This document shows, in pieces, positions 35,133 to 42,987 of a stretch of 64,000 nt of DNA. Under the pieces are notes generated by a model, which ran no database searches, was not told the origin of the DNA, and saw only the letters and a program-made list of their open reading frames with translations. The translations under genes were made by a program, and so were the position numbers. Position 1 is the stretch's first letter, and every line of letters starts with the position of its first letter. The stretch lies in NCBI GenBank assembly GCA_902778725.1, contig CACYYS010000013.1, forward strand, positions 2,608-66,607, read 5' to 3'. This DNA comes from an uncultured Ruminococcus sp. GTDB lineage: Bacteria > Bacillota > Clostridia > Oscillospirales > CAG-272.

Positions 35133-36365
35133 TCAGTCTGTCGCCGACGCCATAATCACCGCAAAGCGGTCGAGAGTCCTGTCGTACACGGTAAAGCACA
35201 GCGCGCCCCACCACTCGTGTCCGTCGTCGAAATAGTCCGACCAGTCGGTCGTCCATTCATAAACCTCAAGCCCGTCCGTCCCGTTCGGGAACAGGGCGGC
35301 GTTCACACGGTCGAAATCCGTGTTACTGAGCCAACCGCCGTTGGGCGGATATAAGAACGCGCCGCGGTAATTCGTTCCGCGTTTTTCGTTTGCGGCGGCA
35401 AAGAAAGCCTCAACCGTGATCTGCTTCCCCTTTGCGCCGCCGCAGTCGTAGCGCCAGATCTGTTCCTCGCCGTCGAAGAACAGCGCCCGGCTCGCCCACA
35501 TCAGCGCGTACCAATGCGCGTTTCTTCCGCTTGCGATCTGTTCGTTTTTGACAAGGCAATACTCGACAGCTCTGTCCGGGTATTCGTCGATAACGCGATA
35601 CGCCGGATCGTCGTATATGACGCGCGTCGCTTCGGGGTGAAACGGCTCGCTCTTTGCATTTTCTTTTTCTTGCTTCTTTTTTACAGTCTCTTCCCGCTTT
35701 TTGTCAAAGCCGAGCACAATTTCCGCGTCGCTAATACTTATATCCGACATACCGGCGGCGTATTCGACCATTCTGCAAAAATCCGGCGCGCCGTATTCCC
35801 GACCCGTGATCGACGTGATGGTCTCGCCTCTGCTGAAAGCGTCCAGGACGTCGAAGGGATCGAAGGCGTTGTGCACCGCCGTCTTGCAGCCGTCCCCGTC
35901 GGTGATATACAGGCACGGCTCGTACGGGTGGCAGGTCAGAGTCAGTCTCTCACCGTTTGCGATCAGATAGGGAAAACCGTTCTGCTGACCGAGCGTATAG
36001 CGCCCGTCCCGGTAAACGACAACGGCTTTATGGACGTCCCACGGCGGGATAAAGGGCGCTTTCATTCTTTTGATCAGATGCTCCCGGTCTTTCGGCGAAA
36101 GTTCCCCCTGTTTGATCGCGCGGTCGAGAAGCTCGACATATTCGCTCTCGTCGATCTCGTAAAATACCTGCGAGAATTTGTGCCAGTCGTGTTGGTCGAG
36201 ATTCGTCCAGACCATCAGAAAAAGCTTGCCGTCGTCGGCTCTGCCGACGGCCTTTTCGACGCGATACCGAAGCGTTCCGATCTTCCATTCGTCCCCGAAT
36301 TCTTCTTTATCGACCCAGAACCACGCGTGCCAGCCGTAACCGGAGTTTACTTTATACTCTTTCAT
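35133..36365 (-). CDS. hypothetical protein (Trp/Asp/Tyr-rich, no recognised domain)
   Basis: Long ORF with coding-like composition. The start is tentatively placed at ATG 36365 (MKEYKV) to limit overlap with the upstream ORF; ATG 36410 is also possible. Confidence 0.55.
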   Translation of the reverse strand: MKEYKVNSGYGWHAWFWVDKEEFGDEWKIGTLRYRVEKAVGRADDGKLFLMVWTNLDQHDWHKFSQVFYEIDESEYVELLDRAIKQGELSPKDREHLIKRMKAPFIPPWDVHKAVVVYRDGRYTLGQQNGFPYLIANGERLTLTCHPYEPCLYITDGDGCKTAVHNAFDPFDVLDAFSRGETITSITGREYGAPDFCRMVEYAAGMSDISISDAEIVLGFDKKREETVKKKQEKENAKSEPFHPEATRVIYDDPAYRVIDEYPDRAVEYCLVKNEQIASGRNAHWYALMWASRALFFDGEEQIWRYDCGGAKGKQITVEAFFAAANEKRGTNYRGAFLYPPNGGWLSNTDFDRVNAALFPNGTDGLEVYEWTTDWSDYFDDGHEWWGALCFTVYDRTLDRFAVIMASATD

Positions 36366-36696
36366 TTTCCGAGCCTCGCAGTATCTCATAAAGTCCGTCC
36401 GTGAAATCACGGTAACACGGCGGAAATCTTTGCGATCCGGTCGCGCAGATCTCTTTTCCCCCGTTGACGGTCGCTTTGAAAATAAAATTCTTGCCGTCCT
36501 TGATCCCCTTGGGGCGTTGTCCGTGAAATCCGTCCCACGACAGCAGACGGCATTTATTCATTAATCTCAACGCACGCTTTGCGGAGCATACGGCTCGTTT
36601 TTGAAGCTGACGCACCTCTTCTCCGTCACAATATCCGACGGCATATTGAGAGATTTCCGCTTCGTCGCCTCTATTCACAATCTCATAATCGGTCAC
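36352..36696 (-). CDS. hypothetical protein
   Basis: 114-aa ORF, co-directional with its neighbours and tightly packed. Confidence 0.45.
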   Translation of the reverse strand: MTDYEIVNRGDEAEISQYAVGYCDGEEVRQLQKRAVCSAKRALRLMNKCRLLSWDGFHGQRPKGIKDGKNFIFKATVNGGKEICATGSQRFPPCYRDFTDGLYEILRGSENERV

Positions 36697-36726
36697 ATGG
36701 AGCGGGACGCGCCCCGCCTTTTGTTT

Positions 36727-37080
36727 TTACCGTCCGGAAGGGCGCCGGCCCTTCTTCTTTTCCCGGTCTTCCTGCCTCCTGACCGTTTTTTGCATCGCTT
36801 CCTCGGCTTCCCCGTCCCAGACCGTCCGTTCCGGTCCGAGCGTGCCGTACATCGTGTTTTCAAACGAATACGTCATCTTCGCGGTCCGGATCAGCCGCTC
36901 GTTTTCCGTGTCGTCGGCAAAACCGCCGAGCCGGTCGTAGATCTCCCGCGTGATCTCGTAATCGTACTGTTCCCGCCCCTCGCGGCTCGTGTAGATGATC
37001 TCGGCGAAGTACCGCTCCGTCTCCGGATCGTAATACGCCGTCCAGTTGTTTCCCTTTTTTTTCGTTTTCACCGTTTTCAT
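36727..37080 (-). CDS. hypothetical protein
   Basis: 117-aa ORF with charged termini, co-directional with its neighbours. Confidence 0.45.
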   Translation of the reverse strand: MKTVKTKKKGNNWTAYYDPETERYFAEIIYTSREGREQYDYEITREIYDRLGGFADDTENERLIRTAKMTYSFENTMYGTLGPERTVWDGEAEEAMQKTVRRQEDREKKKGRRPSGR

Positions 37081-37110
37081 CGTTTCCGTCTTTTCCTCCG
37101 CCGGCGCGCC

Positions 37111-37635
37111 TTATGAATCGTAAAAACGCCGTCCGTCCTCCGTCACCGGCCGTTCTGTCCCCGGATAAACGAAGATCGCGCCGTTTTCGGCGTTCGCTTC
37201 CAGATAATCGGCAAATTCCCCGGCGTACCGTTTCGCCTTTTCCAGGTCGTGCATCCGGTAGTTCCCGCAGTTTTCGGGAGCGGCGCCCGGCACCCCGTCG
37301 GCGTCGAGCACGGAGCGGAAGGCCCGCAGCATCAGCCCGTACAGCTCCCGCGGCGCGCGGTCGCCTTTGAGGATAAGGTAAAAGCCCGTCAGGCAGCCCA
37401 TCGGCCCCCAGTAAACGACCTCGTCCTTCCAGTCGGGGTCGTTGCGCAGGAAGGTCGCGATCAGATGCTCCAGCGAATGCATGGCCGCAACGTCGACGGC
37501 GGGCTCGATGTTGGGGCGTTTGAGCCGGACGTCATAGGTCGTGACCGGCTCGCCTCCCACAAGATCGACCCGGCTCGTGAAGATCCCGGGGATGATGCGC
37601 GTGTGGTCTACCGAAAAGCTGCGGATCAGTTCCAT
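37111..37635 (-). CDS. luxS: S-ribosylhomocysteine lyase
   Basis: Metal-site motif HSLEHL and MGCLTGFY. The start at ATG 37635 has a GGGAG RBS. Confidence 0.9.
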   Translation of the reverse strand: MELIRSFSVDHTRIIPGIFTSRVDLVGGEPVTTYDVRLKRPNIEPAVDVAAMHSLEHLIATFLRNDPDWKDEVVYWGPMGCLTGFYLILKGDRAPRELYGLMLRAFRSVLDADGVPGAAPENCGNYRMHDLEKAKRYAGEFADYLEANAENGAIFVYPGTERPVTEDGRRFYDS

Positions 37636-37752
37636 TTTTTTCTCCCTTCCCGGACCGGTCTTGCCGGGGTCATAACTCTTTTTTTCGTTTGATTTTTCTG
37701 CCATGCTCCGGTTTTTTCGCTTCGGCCTCCGCCGGACGTCTTTGGAGCGAGG

Positions 37753-37998
37753 TCACAGCAGCAGCCGCAAAAGGAGGCAGAGGCCGCCCGCCGCCGCGAG
37801 CGCGATCCCGACGACAAAGAAGAGGACCATCCTCCGGCGCAGCGCGAGATACAGCTCCGGCGATCCGTCCATCGTGTGATAATAGCTGAAGCGCCAGAAC
37901 GCCGCAAAAAGCAGGGAAAGAACGCCCAGGATCAGCCCCGCGATCCCCAGAACGAGCAATACCGTTTTCACACTCCCGGCGAGCACTGCCGTTTTCAT
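37753..37998 (-). CDS. small two-helix membrane protein
   Basis: 81 aa from the internal ATG (MKTAVLAGSVKTVLLVLGIAGLILGVL..), with two hydrophobic spans. Confidence 0.45.
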   Translation of the reverse strand: MKTAVLAGSVKTVLLVLGIAGLILGVLSLLFAAFWRFSYYHTMDGSPELYLALRRRMVLFFVVGIALAAAGGLCLLLRLLL

Positions 37999-38111
37999 CG
38001 TTTTTCTCTCTTCCTCCTTTTGCCGCGTTCGTTCCGTTACCGATATTATAGCAGGCGTCCCGCGGTTTTTCAAGAGAAAACGGAGCAAAACCGCCGCTCC
38101 GGCGCGCCCTT

Positions 38112-38300
38112 ATGGGCCGGAACCGGGACAAGCTGAGCGACACGCTCGCCGAAGAGCAAAAAGAATTGCTCGAAAAGTATGACGACGCGGGCAACGAAAT
38201 ACACTCCCTCGCCGAAGAGGCAGCTTTCCATTGCGGCTTCTCTCTTGGCGTCAGATTGATGATGGAATGCATATCGATTCAACTTTCAGAAGAAGACTAA
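38112..38300 (+). CDS. small helical protein, possibly a 5'-truncated member of a family seen on Firmicute mobile elements
   Basis: 62 aa. LAEEQKELLEKYDDAGNEIHSLAEEAAFHCGFSLGVRLMME. Sits at the composition break. Confidence 0.35.
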   Translation: MGRNRDKLSDTLAEEQKELLEKYDDAGNEIHSLAEEAAFHCGFSLGVRLMMECISIQLSEED

Positions 38301-38303
38301 AAG

Positions 38304-38340
38304 CAAAAAGCGGAGCTGCTGCTCCGCTCATTTGTTTTTT
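38304..38340. terminator. bidirectional terminator at the left edge of the AT-rich island
   Basis: The hairpin agcggagc-tgct-gctccgct is flanked by an A5 run upstream and a T-rich tract (TTTGTTTTTT) downstream. Confidence 0.7.
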
Positions 38341-38351
38341 CTATACCGTTG

Positions 38352-39014
38352 CTATTTGTTTCCTATCCGGTTTCTGATGTCGTTCAACCATTCGCCTTTA
38401 TATTTGAAATACTTTGGGCCTGCAAGCGCCCACTTCGTTCCAAGTAAATGCTTTGCGAGCGCAGTCATCGCCCAGCTTTTTCCATCGTACTCGACATGTT
38501 TATCATCGACTACAGTACACATAATTCCAGTTGGTTCATTTCTGCTTTTCCAAAACTCAATTTGCTCCCCAACAGCAATATTGCACATGGAAAATGTAAA
38601 CGGCGCAAGGCGCTCTTGATGCGCTTCGCTGATCTCTTTCGCGGTTTCTTCCTCTTTTTGTTCTTCTGGCGTGGCTTTCCGTTTTTCCAGGCGGTGTTTA
38701 AAACCGTTAATTTCAGCGATCGCATCGAGAATATCATAGGCGTCTTCCGGCGTCATGGCGTAAAACTCGCGAACACGCTTTTTGCCGTTGATCTCCTCGG
38801 TAGAACGCAGTTCCGGATTCAGTTTGTCCAAAATGGAATGCAGCTTTTTATCGGAAAGCTCCGAATCCACTTCGTATGTAGCATAAATGCGGAACGCAAA
38901 CGGCACCGCCGAACTGCGATTCAGCTCGTCTAAACGCTGCTTTACGTCTTTCGCATACCCGATCTTTACATATTCCGGAAACGACGGATTCGTCAGAATG
39001 TAGATGTAGCCCAT
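38352..39014 (-). CDS. T5orf172 / GIY-YIG-like domain protein with C-terminal extension
   Basis: N-terminus MGYIYILTNPSFPEYVKIGYAKDVKQRLDELN (T5orf172/GIY-YIG-type). It is the last gene of the R-M-linked operon. Confidence 0.7.
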   Translation of the reverse strand: MGYIYILTNPSFPEYVKIGYAKDVKQRLDELNRSSAVPFAFRIYATYEVDSELSDKKLHSILDKLNPELRSTEEINGKKRVREFYAMTPEDAYDILDAIAEINGFKHRLEKRKATPEEQKEEETAKEISEAHQERLAPFTFSMCNIAVGEQIEFWKSRNEPTGIMCTVVDDKHVEYDGKSWAMTALAKHLLGTKWALAGPKYFKYKGEWLNDIRNRIGNK

Positions 39015-39070
39015 TTTATAATGATCCCCCTATTTACAGTTTTCAAAATCAAATGAATTCCAAGCTTTCC

Positions 39071-40123
39071 TTACTTTAAATAGGACTTCACCAGTTTAAC
39101 AAATTCTCCAATATCAGAAAAGTAGTTTGGATAAGCTTTTCTCAATGCATTGAATGATGCAACGCGAACAAGAACTGCGTCAATTTTTGTTTCTGCTCTT
39201 GTTGCTTCAATAGAATTGTAAATCTCGTTTGCTTCTTCGATTTGGCTTGCTCCAAACGCTTTGATTTGTAGCCTGTTGGTGTTGTAATTCAATATTAGAA
39301 TGTAATATGCTGCAGACGATTTTGCGCCTTTGAGCTTTTGATTATCAACAGCGATGCGAATTCCGCTTAAGAAATCTAAATAGTTATGTTTTGAGTTTAG
39401 TTGCTCAATTTCTAAAACAATCTCATCTTGATCATCAATTACATTTGGTGGGAGCGGTTGCCCTTCTTTTTTTGCTATCAATGCTGACACAAGGACAAAG
39501 AAACGTTTTACATCATCTGATCCAAAACCAGACTTGATGCTTTCTTTCGTAAATAATCCCATCGTTTCAACTGCAGTTGCCCATACGTGCTGTAAATGGG
39601 TTCTGAATTGAATCTCTATGAGCATGTTTTTATTGTATGTTTCATTTTTGTCGCTGTGATATTCATATACGGCATGCAAACTACGATATCCGGAAACTTT
39701 GGGATTCTCAATGTAATCGTATTTCTTTTTGAAAAGATGGCGTTTACTTGACTTATCATATTTGCCAAAATAGTCGTATACATCTTGAATGGTTGGTACA
39801 ATCACGCGACAACCGCCAAGGTCTTGCATGGTCCATAAATTCATGGATTGCTCACGCTTTAGTTTTCCGATGATAGAATCCAATCTTTTTAGTCTTTCAG
39901 CAACTATTGCGTTGTTATTAGATGCACACATCCTACGCAAATGTATGTAGATAACATGAAGCGGAAAAGCGTGTGCAGCTCGCCAATTATCAATAATGTC
40001 CGTCGCCTGTTTAATATCTTCTTCCGAAGAATTCTCTTGACGTATAGTCTTTCCTGCATTTATTATTTGCGACCTTGAATACTCAACGGTTTTCCATTTT
40101 GGCTGAATAACTGGTTGCGCCAT
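39071..40123 (-). CDS. RelA/SpoT-homologue (RSH) synthetase-domain protein with ~135-aa C-terminal domain
   Basis: Synthetase motifs RLKRLDSIIGKLKRE, DLGGCRVIV, SGYRSLHAVY and IEIQFRTHLQHVWATAVE. No HD hydrolase domain. Starts 15 nt after the hsdS stop. Confidence 0.85.
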   Translation of the reverse strand: MAQPVIQPKWKTVEYSRSQIINAGKTIRQENSSEEDIKQATDIIDNWRAAHAFPLHVIYIHLRRMCASNNNAIVAERLKRLDSIIGKLKREQSMNLWTMQDLGGCRVIVPTIQDVYDYFGKYDKSSKRHLFKKKYDYIENPKVSGYRSLHAVYEYHSDKNETYNKNMLIEIQFRTHLQHVWATAVETMGLFTKESIKSGFGSDDVKRFFVLVSALIAKKEGQPLPPNVIDDQDEIVLEIEQLNSKHNYLDFLSGIRIAVDNQKLKGAKSSAAYYILILNYNTNRLQIKAFGASQIEEANEIYNSIEATRAETKIDAVLVRVASFNALRKAYPNYFSDIGEFVKLVKSYLK

Positions 40124-40138
40124 TTTTATTTCTCCTAT

Positions 40139-41560
40139 CTAATCTCTAATTTCATCGCACACGGCGAGGAGTTTGTCTAAACGATCAACAATCCGCTTCT
40201 GCTCGGCAAGAGGCGGGAGCGGAAAATACAAGTTTTTAAGTATATCGAACGGAGGAATATTAGTTATTGCCATACCGTTCCCGTCTTTAGCGCGGCTTTT
40301 CAACTGCGAATCAAAATAATATAAGAAGAATCGCTTATCTATTGATGGTACGACAGTTATCCGCATAAGTGCTTGATTAATTATCCCGCGCTCGATTTCC
40401 TCCGGCATAATATACGTTTCACCAATTGTACCCGCACAACTAACGATAATATCTCCGGGCATAACCTCAAATCCTTTCATTGAGGTTTCAAAATACTCTC
40501 TGGTGATGTAATATGTACCCAAGGTATGATCTTTATTGATGGCGTGTTGTTGCTCATAAATTTTTACGGTGTTTTCGCTTTTTGGGACGAACATAGACTT
40601 TGTTAAGGAGCTGCCAAACGGACCTTTTCTAAAAAATCCTGTCTCCCCGAATCTTATCCATTTCCAATTGTTCGGTACATCAAAAGGTACATCTTCATCA
40701 ATCGGAAGGATGTTATTATCCTTTCTCCCTTTGTGTGTGATAATAATATCTGTCTTTTCAGCTTGTATTTGCTGATATAGTTCTTCTGCCGAGCCATCTT
40801 CAGGGCGCTGTTCTGTCAGTTTGCCCTGAATGGCGAGGTCAATAAGCTTGCTTTTCAGCACGGTGAGATTATCGGCGTACTGCGCCTGCAGTTCGTCGAT
40901 GGCGTCGAGAACGGAAAACACCTGCTCGATTTTTTCGACAATGCGTTTTTGTTCAGTTAATGGAGGAACTGGAATTATAAGTTTTTTAAGAGTAGTTAGA
41001 TTAACGCCTCCAATTAAGCCCGTCACTTTGTTTTTGAATATTTTTTTGAAAGAATTACTCTGTAGATAATAATACAAATAATATGGACTAATGATTGTTG
41101 TATAAAATTTGCATAGTTTGTTCCCATAACAAACGTTTTGATCTATGATTGCGATTTTTCTTCCGGCGCTTCCTCCTTCAATACACAGAAGCACAGAAGA
41201 AGCCTCAGCAACTACAAATCCCTGTTCATTATTGGGAATACGGACTCCATTGTCATAGTCTACCACATGGTCAAAACCAACATCCTTAGTCCCTATATAT
41301 GCAAATCCACCAATATAGCCTTGATAGTTTTCTTTTTTCACATCCTCGGGTATGCTTGTGCCGGTGCTTATCTGAGAAAGCTGCTTTAACGGTGCACTAC
41401 ACCATGTGGAAGGTATGTCTTTATTTTCATTAGATGCAATATTTATTTTTTTTAGCGCAAGGTATTGCCTAATATTTGAATCGGAATCCAATTGTTCAGT
41501 AAGTTTGCCTTGAATAGCGAGATCTAATATTTTGTCTCTGATGGATTGTGTATCAATCAA
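40139..41560 (-). CDS. hsdS: type I restriction-modification specificity subunit
   Basis: Two target-recognition domains. The conserved helices LDLAIQGKLTEQ / LIDLAIQGKLTEQ and PPLTEQKRIV / PPLAEQKRIV are each repeated. Confidence 0.9.
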   Translation of the reverse strand: MIDTQSIRDKILDLAIQGKLTEQLDSDSNIRQYLALKKINIASNENKDIPSTWCSAPLKQLSQISTGTSIPEDVKKENYQGYIGGFAYIGTKDVGFDHVVDYDNGVRIPNNEQGFVVAEASSVLLCIEGGSAGRKIAIIDQNVCYGNKLCKFYTTIISPYYLYYYLQSNSFKKIFKNKVTGLIGGVNLTTLKKLIIPVPPLTEQKRIVEKIEQVFSVLDAIDELQAQYADNLTVLKSKLIDLAIQGKLTEQRPEDGSAEELYQQIQAEKTDIIITHKGRKDNNILPIDEDVPFDVPNNWKWIRFGETGFFRKGPFGSSLTKSMFVPKSENTVKIYEQQHAINKDHTLGTYYITREYFETSMKGFEVMPGDIIVSCAGTIGETYIMPEEIERGIINQALMRITVVPSIDKRFFLYYFDSQLKSRAKDGNGMAITNIPPFDILKNLYFPLPPLAEQKRIVDRLDKLLAVCDEIRD

Positions 41561-42984
41561 AACTCGATCCCTCCCAGCAAGTCTTTCAAACGGGCAACGG
41601 CTGATGCGATGCCGTCCGATTCTTCCTGCATTTCGTCCAGGATCTCCGAAACGGAGCGGTCGTCCTCCTCAGTGAAGTCAAGCCATTTGAAGTTGAGGTC
41701 TTCGCGCCCGGCGACTTCTTCGGCGGAGAATCTGCGCCATCTTCCGTTGGGGTTGGTCTCGGCGTTATAGGTCTCCTTGCGGTCTTCTCTGTGGCCGGTG
41801 CAGAAGCAGTCCACGAACTCCTGCAGATGCTCTCTGGTCATCGGCTTTTTAACAAGTGAATGTTTTACCCCCGCTCGATAATCATATACCCAGATATCTT
41901 TCGTTGGTTCACCTTTTTCAAAGAAGAGGACGTTTGTCTTGACGCTAGGTTTGTAAAAAATACCTTTCGGAAGACGAAGAATAGTGTGTAAATTGAAGTC
42001 CTTCAGTAATTTGTCTCTAACTTTTTTGGTGGAGTCGCCGTCGGTGAGGATGCTGTCCGGCAGGACGACGCCGACTCTGCCGCCGGTCTTGACAATGGAC
42101 ATAATATGCTGCAGGAAATTGACCTGATTATCCGAAGTTTTTATAAACTCCGGGCGGTTTGCCGAAACGTCCACGCTGCCCTGCGGACGGATGCCGAAGG
42201 GCGGATTGGTCATAACCACCTGATACATCTTGTCCGACGTGTCGATCAGGGAATCCTGATAGGCGATAGGGCTACGGTTAACGCCGATATCGTGCAGATA
42301 CAGGTTCATCGACGCGAGCGTCACCACAAGAGAGGTATTGTCCGCACCGAACAGCGCGTTGTTTTTGAGAAACTTCTGCTTTTCGATATCCCGGCTCTGG
42401 GTACGCATATGCTCGTAGGCGGCAAGAAGGAAGCCCGCCGTGCCGCAGCAGGGGTCCGCCACGGTCTCGGTGATCTTGGGGTCGACCACGTCCACGATCG
42501 CGGAGATCAGCGCACGGGGCGTGAAATACTGCCCGGCGCCGCTTTTCATATCTTGTCCGTTTCTCTCAAGAATGTTTTCGTAAATAGCCCCTTTGATGTC
42601 ACCGTCCATCATATACCAGTTGTCCTCGGACACCATGTCGATGACCTTTTTGAGCATCACGGGTTTGTCGATCTTGTTGGTCGCTTTGGTGAAAATGGTG
42701 CCGATCAGACCGTCCGACTGCGAAAGCTCTTTCAAAATGTCTTCGTATTTGTCCACAAGGTCGGTGCCGCTGAGCGCGGAAAGGTCTTTCCACTTATAGC
42801 CCTCCGGCAGGTGGCTTTCCAGTCCCATCGCCTCTTTCTCGTCGTCCATTTTGAGGAACAGGATATAAGTGAGCTGGGTGATATAATCGGTAAAGCCCAC
42901 GCCTGCCGCCGCGAGGACATTGGCGATATTCCATACTTTTGAAATGAGGGCGGATTCGGTTTTCTGTGTTGCCATTTCGTACAC
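41557..42984 (-). CDS. hsdM: type I restriction-modification N6-adenine DNA methyltransferase subunit
   Basis: HsdM N-terminal helix region, SAM site DPCCGTAGFL, and catalytic NPPFG. The stop overlaps the hsdS start. Confidence 0.92.
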   Translation of the reverse strand: MYEMATQKTESALISKVWNIANVLAAAGVGFTDYITQLTYILFLKMDDEKEAMGLESHLPEGYKWKDLSALSGTDLVDKYEDILKELSQSDGLIGTIFTKATNKIDKPVMLKKVIDMVSEDNWYMMDGDIKGAIYENILERNGQDMKSGAGQYFTPRALISAIVDVVDPKITETVADPCCGTAGFLLAAYEHMRTQSRDIEKQKFLKNNALFGADNTSLVVTLASMNLYLHDIGVNRSPIAYQDSLIDTSDKMYQVVMTNPPFGIRPQGSVDVSANRPEFIKTSDNQVNFLQHIMSIVKTGGRVGVVLPDSILTDGDSTKKVRDKLLKDFNLHTILRLPKGIFYKPSVKTNVLFFEKGEPTKDIWVYDYRAGVKHSLVKKPMTREHLQEFVDCFCTGHREDRKETYNAETNPNGRWRRFSAEEVAGREDLNFKWLDFTEEDDRSVSEILDEMQEESDGIASAVARLKDLLGGIEF

Positions 42985-42987
42985 CTC

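Noticed and set aside
40139-41560. Phase-variable hsdS shuffling system
   Set aside because: There is only one hsdS gene, with no silent half-genes, inverted-repeat cassettes or recombinase nearby. The internal repeats are the normal conserved helices of HsdS.
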